NCBI GenBank assembly: GCA_051453625.1
Contig: JBOZIK010000001.1
Span: 5,204,784 to 5,233,695 of the forward strand
From: Welwitschia mirabilis
Taxonomy: Eukaryota
Length of the DNA stretch: 28,912 nucleotides
Direction: 5' to 3'
The notes under the pieces were generated by a model. The model saw only the letters and a list, made by a program, of their open reading frames with translations. It did not search any database and was not told the origin of the DNA. Shown piece by piece: positions 24,135 through 28,912 of the stretch (the first letter of the stretch is position 1; every line of letters begins with the position of its first letter). The position numbers and the translations under genes were made by a program.

Positions 24135-25832
24135 AATAAATTAATGATATTATTTTATATTTCATGAATCTTTTTTCCCTCTTAATTTCATTTTGGAATC
24201 TATTGAAATCCTTCTTAAATTAAATTATTCTAAGCTATATTTATTTTTTAGTTCTATGGAATACTTTTCTTAGTGCATAATAAACCTTTATTCTTTCTTA
24301 CTAGTTTGGAATCTTAGGAAGTACTTTAATAAGCCTAAATATGACATTCTAAATTTTTGATTAATGTTGTCTTTTACACTTTTAATTTGGTGTCTATTAC
24401 TTCCTATGATAATAATATGATCCACATGTAATAATAGTATAGCTATTATTTTGTTTTTCTAGTATGATTTTATATATAAATATGATTCCATGCATAATTC
24501 CATTTAAGCCTATTTGTTTTAGATATACATTGATTTCTTAATATTATGATCTTAATGCCTATTTTTAAACTATATGAGGACTTCGTAATATTAAAAGCTT
24601 ATTTTCCTAGCATTTCAAGATATAGCCTTCTAATTACATGATGTACATTTATTTATCTATGGTTTTGTTTAGGAAATATAAGTTTATTTATATTTTTAGC
24701 AAATCACATTTATATTTTTGGGCTAATATTAATAAGATTTTGATTATTTTGATTTTTACAATTAAAGCATAAGGCTATGTGAAATTAATACATTTATTCT
24801 AGATGTATTCCTTTACTAAATTATTGCTTTATACTTATTTGTGGTTCTATCTTAGTTTTATTTGATTTGAAATGCTTAGTTAGTTCTATTGTGGTTCTTA
24901 TTAGTCTCAATTAACTTTTAAGTCTTGTTCTTGATTAACATGTCATAATTTAGTACATTATTTCTTTTCATTTTTGAATTATTGTCTTCTTCTATACTTT
25001 TTAGTTATATTTCTTTTGGTGTAATAAATGTAGTGCTATATATTATTCTTTTGATTTCATTTCCTTAATGAATATTTTTATTTTCTTCTTAAACTAGTCT
25101 TTTTTTCAATTTTCCCTTTTGATTTTATCTATTTTAAGGTTTTTTTCATCTCCATCATAATTGTATTCTAACATTTTACCTAGTGATCTTAGATTGCATT
25201 CTATTTCTTAACACTCTTTGAGTGATATCATGAAATCTTAGCTAGATTTTAGTTTATTTATGTTATCCTCGTAGGTGAACTACAACTTTAAGACTCCAAT
25301 GTGTTATACTTTAGAAGTAGTTTCTCTTCATTACAAGTTATCTCTTTTAACATTAAATCCTTCCTATGTTCGAAATACCATACTCAGTACGTTTTTCTTT
25401 CTGTATTGTATCTAAATGATAGTTCAATTTTAGCTTTATCATCTAGTGTACTTTCTTATAATGGATGGACATGTACAAAGCATTTTTATTTAAAGTTTTT
25501 GAAGTGTTTAATATAATTCTATATATCTAATTAAAAAGTAAATAAATATCCATTATTATAACTCTTAATTAGAAGATAATTATGCATTACTACTGTTATG
25601 ATTACATCTTTCTCCTAAAGTTGCTAGGAATATTAGTCTCACACATAATTGTAAATACCACTTCATAATAGTTTTTTCAATTTATCTTTTTATTTTCTTG
25701 TACATAATTTATTTTAAATACATAGGGAAGAGTAACCTCATTGAATTTCTACTTCCTTTGATTCTTCTTGGAATTCCTATGATATGCATTTTCTACCTCT
25801 AATAGTTCTAATTCTTTCAATGTAGCTCCAAC

Positions 25833-25992
25833 TTATTTTTTCATTATGACTCTAGAAATTTTAAATGCATCTATAATATGTGGCTTTTTTTTTATAAAAT
25901 ACATTTTAATTTTTCTTTAATTCATTTTTCTATTATGATCTAGAAATTTTAAATCCATCTATAATATGTGACTTTTGTTTTAGAAAATATAT
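25833..25992. repeat. Diverged tandem duplication with an 88-bp period in the copia integrase
   Basis: TCTAGAAATTTTAAATsCATCTATAATATGTGrCTTTT at 25851 and 25939. Confidence 0.85.
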
Positions 25993-26489
25993 AAAGATCA
26001 TTTTGGTATGGTTATTAATCAAGGTCATAATAAACTATTATTTTTTGAAATTTAGTATGGATATTCACCTACATATGTAAAGAAATTTTAGTTTATTCTT
26101 AAATATCTTTTTTGAATTTGAATTTTTTCTCTGTTGTGTATACTAAATCACCATGCTATATTAAATGTATTTGATGGTGTTTATACGTGACGCCCTCTCT
26201 TCTCTTACCCTAATTAAGCACTGTTTTTTTCCCTCCCTTTTCTCTTCCTTTCTTCTTAGTATTATTACTTAATAGACACAGCAGAACCTGAGATCAAATT
26301 TTACTTATTACTTTATTAGCAGTTTTATATTCTAAGAAAAATAAATCATATTAATATTATATATTTACCTATAATAAATTTCTAGATTATTTTGGTTTAC
26401 AAACAACACCGATGTCATAAATTCGTGTCCTTCATTTCTTCATGGTTTTTGGTCCAATAAAAGATATCTTGGGAATAGTTGAGAAGATG

Positions 26490-28912
26490 TAAACTTGTTA
26501 TAAACATACATGGATAAGTTTAAAATATAATACCTAACCAATATAATAGGAGGTTGCAACTCCAATTAATGGCATTCTAACTCGATATCTGGCTACCCTC
26601 CTGACATGAGTTAATTCTACTTTAGGTTCTAAACTATAAAAACATGTTGGGCTCAACTTCATAGGGTTTCACTTCACCTCAATATACCTTGATACAGGTG
26701 ATAGGTGATATATAAGATGGATACATGTTTACAAATGATCCTCAGCTTTCTTGAAGCATCTGTGGACAGTGTAATGTAATCCATCGATGCCAAAGGCTCA
26801 AGATATTAAGTTGAAGTAAGCTCATACATGGGTAGGGTAGAAGAGTGGTGATCAAATCCACTTCTAGAAGGGTATTATGGGGGAAAAAATGCAATTTAAC
26901 CCACCTTGATGATGAAATCCAAGTGTGAGGATGAACATTATTAAAATTATTTTGATTACTCTTGTTCAATGAATACACCATACAAATTCATGCATACAAT
27001 TCTAACTAATGTGGATATTTAATATATTATTTACCTAGTTATAATAATTCTAATCATCATTAGGTTTATTTTATAGAAACAACCATTAAAAAAAAACAAG
27101 CATATAAGAACATCTCTATATTCAAGATTACAATAACAAAAACCTATATAAAGGAAATATTCTTTTTTTGGTTCCTTTTAATAATAACAAAAAATATTTA
27201 AAATGTATAAAATTACATCTTAATAATGTACTTAAATGAACCGAAACATACCTAGAGCTATGCTAGTCCTAGAAACATTCTTCTATGCTGATATGACAAC
27301 CTCCATGAATTGTTGCAAAGAATCTAAACAAAAGAAAGTATATCTCAAGCATAATTGTTAAGGTATAAATATTTATCCAAGATTAATATGGCTATATTAT
27401 AAGTTAATTAAAAAAATGATAATCTAAATACTATTTATGTTACTTAAACTACAAAGGTGAAAACTCTTACAAGCATCCACATTCAAAGTAAGATAAAGAA
27501 AAAAAGGTAAAAGAGGTAGTTTTATAAATAAAATACTATTTATATGTAATTTAACTTAAATTTACTATAAAAACATATCTTATATACTCAAATTACCTAT
27601 AAAATTTTATGTAATAATTTTTCTATAATTTAAAACATTAATTATAACATTTTTGGGCTCTAAGGAGATATCATAGTTAAAAATTAATAATTAATTAATT
27701 ATAAAGCAACAAAATAGATTATACTAGTTTTTAAAAAACTAGACATATAATAAGATTATTAGAATCTAACTTAAACTATCTTGGAAATCCAGAAATATTA
27801 TTTCTAAGGTTATCATTTAAGGTTAAGAACTGTCAAATTTTCTAAAATTATAGTTTTACCGCACTACACTAAAATGACCATAACTTTTAAAATACTTTGC
27901 ATTTTTAATGATTTAAGATGTTTTAGAAAGATTATTCAATTTCCTACAACTTAGGGTGCTCAAGTTTGCAGATATCTTAACAAATAGTTATGCAAACATA
28001 AATTAATTGCTTACTGTTTTCTGTATTTATTTTCTAACATAATTTAATAAATGAAGTTTTAAAAATAATTTTTCATTAGAAAATTTATTATTTTTACATT
28101 TTGATGTTCATAAGAAAATCCTGGACTTTAAGAAAAAAATTACTAATCTATACCTACAAATTAATAAGCTATGTTGTTTTTATTCTAGAAATTTAATTTT
28201 CGCCATAACAAAAATATGATAAAGTTCCTACAACTAGTTAAGAAATAACTTAGATCATTAAAATAATGGATATATTAACTAATTACTTACATAATATCTT
28301 AACTAACTTAATAATTCAAATCATTATAGAAATAAAAATCAAATCAATTCAAAAGGAACCATTTATTATGAGCCTTAGGATTTCCGTGAAAGAGTACTAG
28401 CCTAAAGGGGTCTTTGAGGATCAGACTTGCCCCTAATAAGATGGACATAATGCATAATAAATAAAATATAATATTAAAATAAATATCAATATCCAAATTT
28501 CTTTTTTGCACCTTTAATAGTGAACCCCTTGGTTACTTAGCCATAATCATCCATTAGTAACCTCCATTACCAAGCACAAGAGACTTCGCATATCTCCCTA
28601 CCATCTTGATGAGAATCAATGGAATGGAATAATATTTTATAACATAATTACATAAAATTCATAAATAATTACCTAATGCAATATCATATCATTCCACTAG
28701 AATCTTAAAAAGAGATCATATAGATATTAAAAGTAAAGAGATTACTTAGTAAGTCTTGATAGTTGAACATTGATGAAGATTTAAGCTCAAGAGTTCCTTA
28801 TCTTTAAGCTTTCAAGCTCTAAGCTCCACAAGCAAGAGAATGAAAGAAAGAAAGAGGAAACAAGGAAATTCACTTATATTTTTAAAAAAATGGAAAATCT
28901 TTCCTTTTATAG
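26490..28912 (-). repeat. Copy 2 of the ~2.4 kb diverged direct repeat, cut by the window edge
   Basis: Same colinear blocks as 4590-7040; ends in a purine tract and TTTTATAG (reversed TATA). It retains CG/CHG sites that copy 1 has lost. Confidence 0.85.

Larger units (their letters stand above)
23700..26170 (-). mobile_element. Degenerate Ty1/copia pol (integrase, RT, RNase H)
   Basis: Copia domain order. Integrase: IYFLKQKS, KCFVHVHP...TLDDKAK (about 25490-25428). RT: NKT*, KYKA, MYIM*LEGY, SSYSLK*ALRS*Y, IAILLLHVDHIIIIGS (YVDD, about 24445-24400), FRMSYLGLLKYFL. RNase H: KIVALS (about 23840) and EDNQRRIAL (about 23735). Confidence 0.92.

Noticed and set aside
1802..25516. Short supplied ORFs at 1802, 8499, 8644, 10097, 11941, 13340, 20361, 21784 and 25301 as host genes
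   Set aside because: 60-101 aa, no recognisable domains; several are antisense to TE remnants.
1..28912. Fungal RIP, or a prokaryotic or organellar origin
   Set aside because: CpA is not visibly depleted, the element families are plant-type, and there is no gene-dense or operon structure.

Overview
Very AT-rich, CpG-depleted eukaryotic DNA, almost certainly from a plant (inference from the element families and the CG/CHG decay pattern), made up of old, heavily mutated retrotransposons. I found no intact gene, RNA gene or CRISPR array. Manual translation through stops and frameshifts shows: two L1-type LINEs with both ORF1 and ORF2 remnants (about 50-1790 and 14770-18000, minus); an L1 RT-to-zinc-finger segment (21430-23432, minus); several shorter L1 fragments; a Ty1/copia integrase-RT-RNase H (23700-26170, minus); and three Ty3/gypsy fragments. 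A diverged direct repeat of about 2.4 kb occurs at 4590-7040 and 26490-28912. It is LTR-like and carries a decayed ORF I cannot assign to any family, which is the best novelty candidate here. There are two assembly gaps, one flanked by a probably artefactual duplication. I do not see a convincing new functional system. Element boundaries are approximate (tens of bp to about 100 bp) and all calls come from motif recognition by eye, not database searches.
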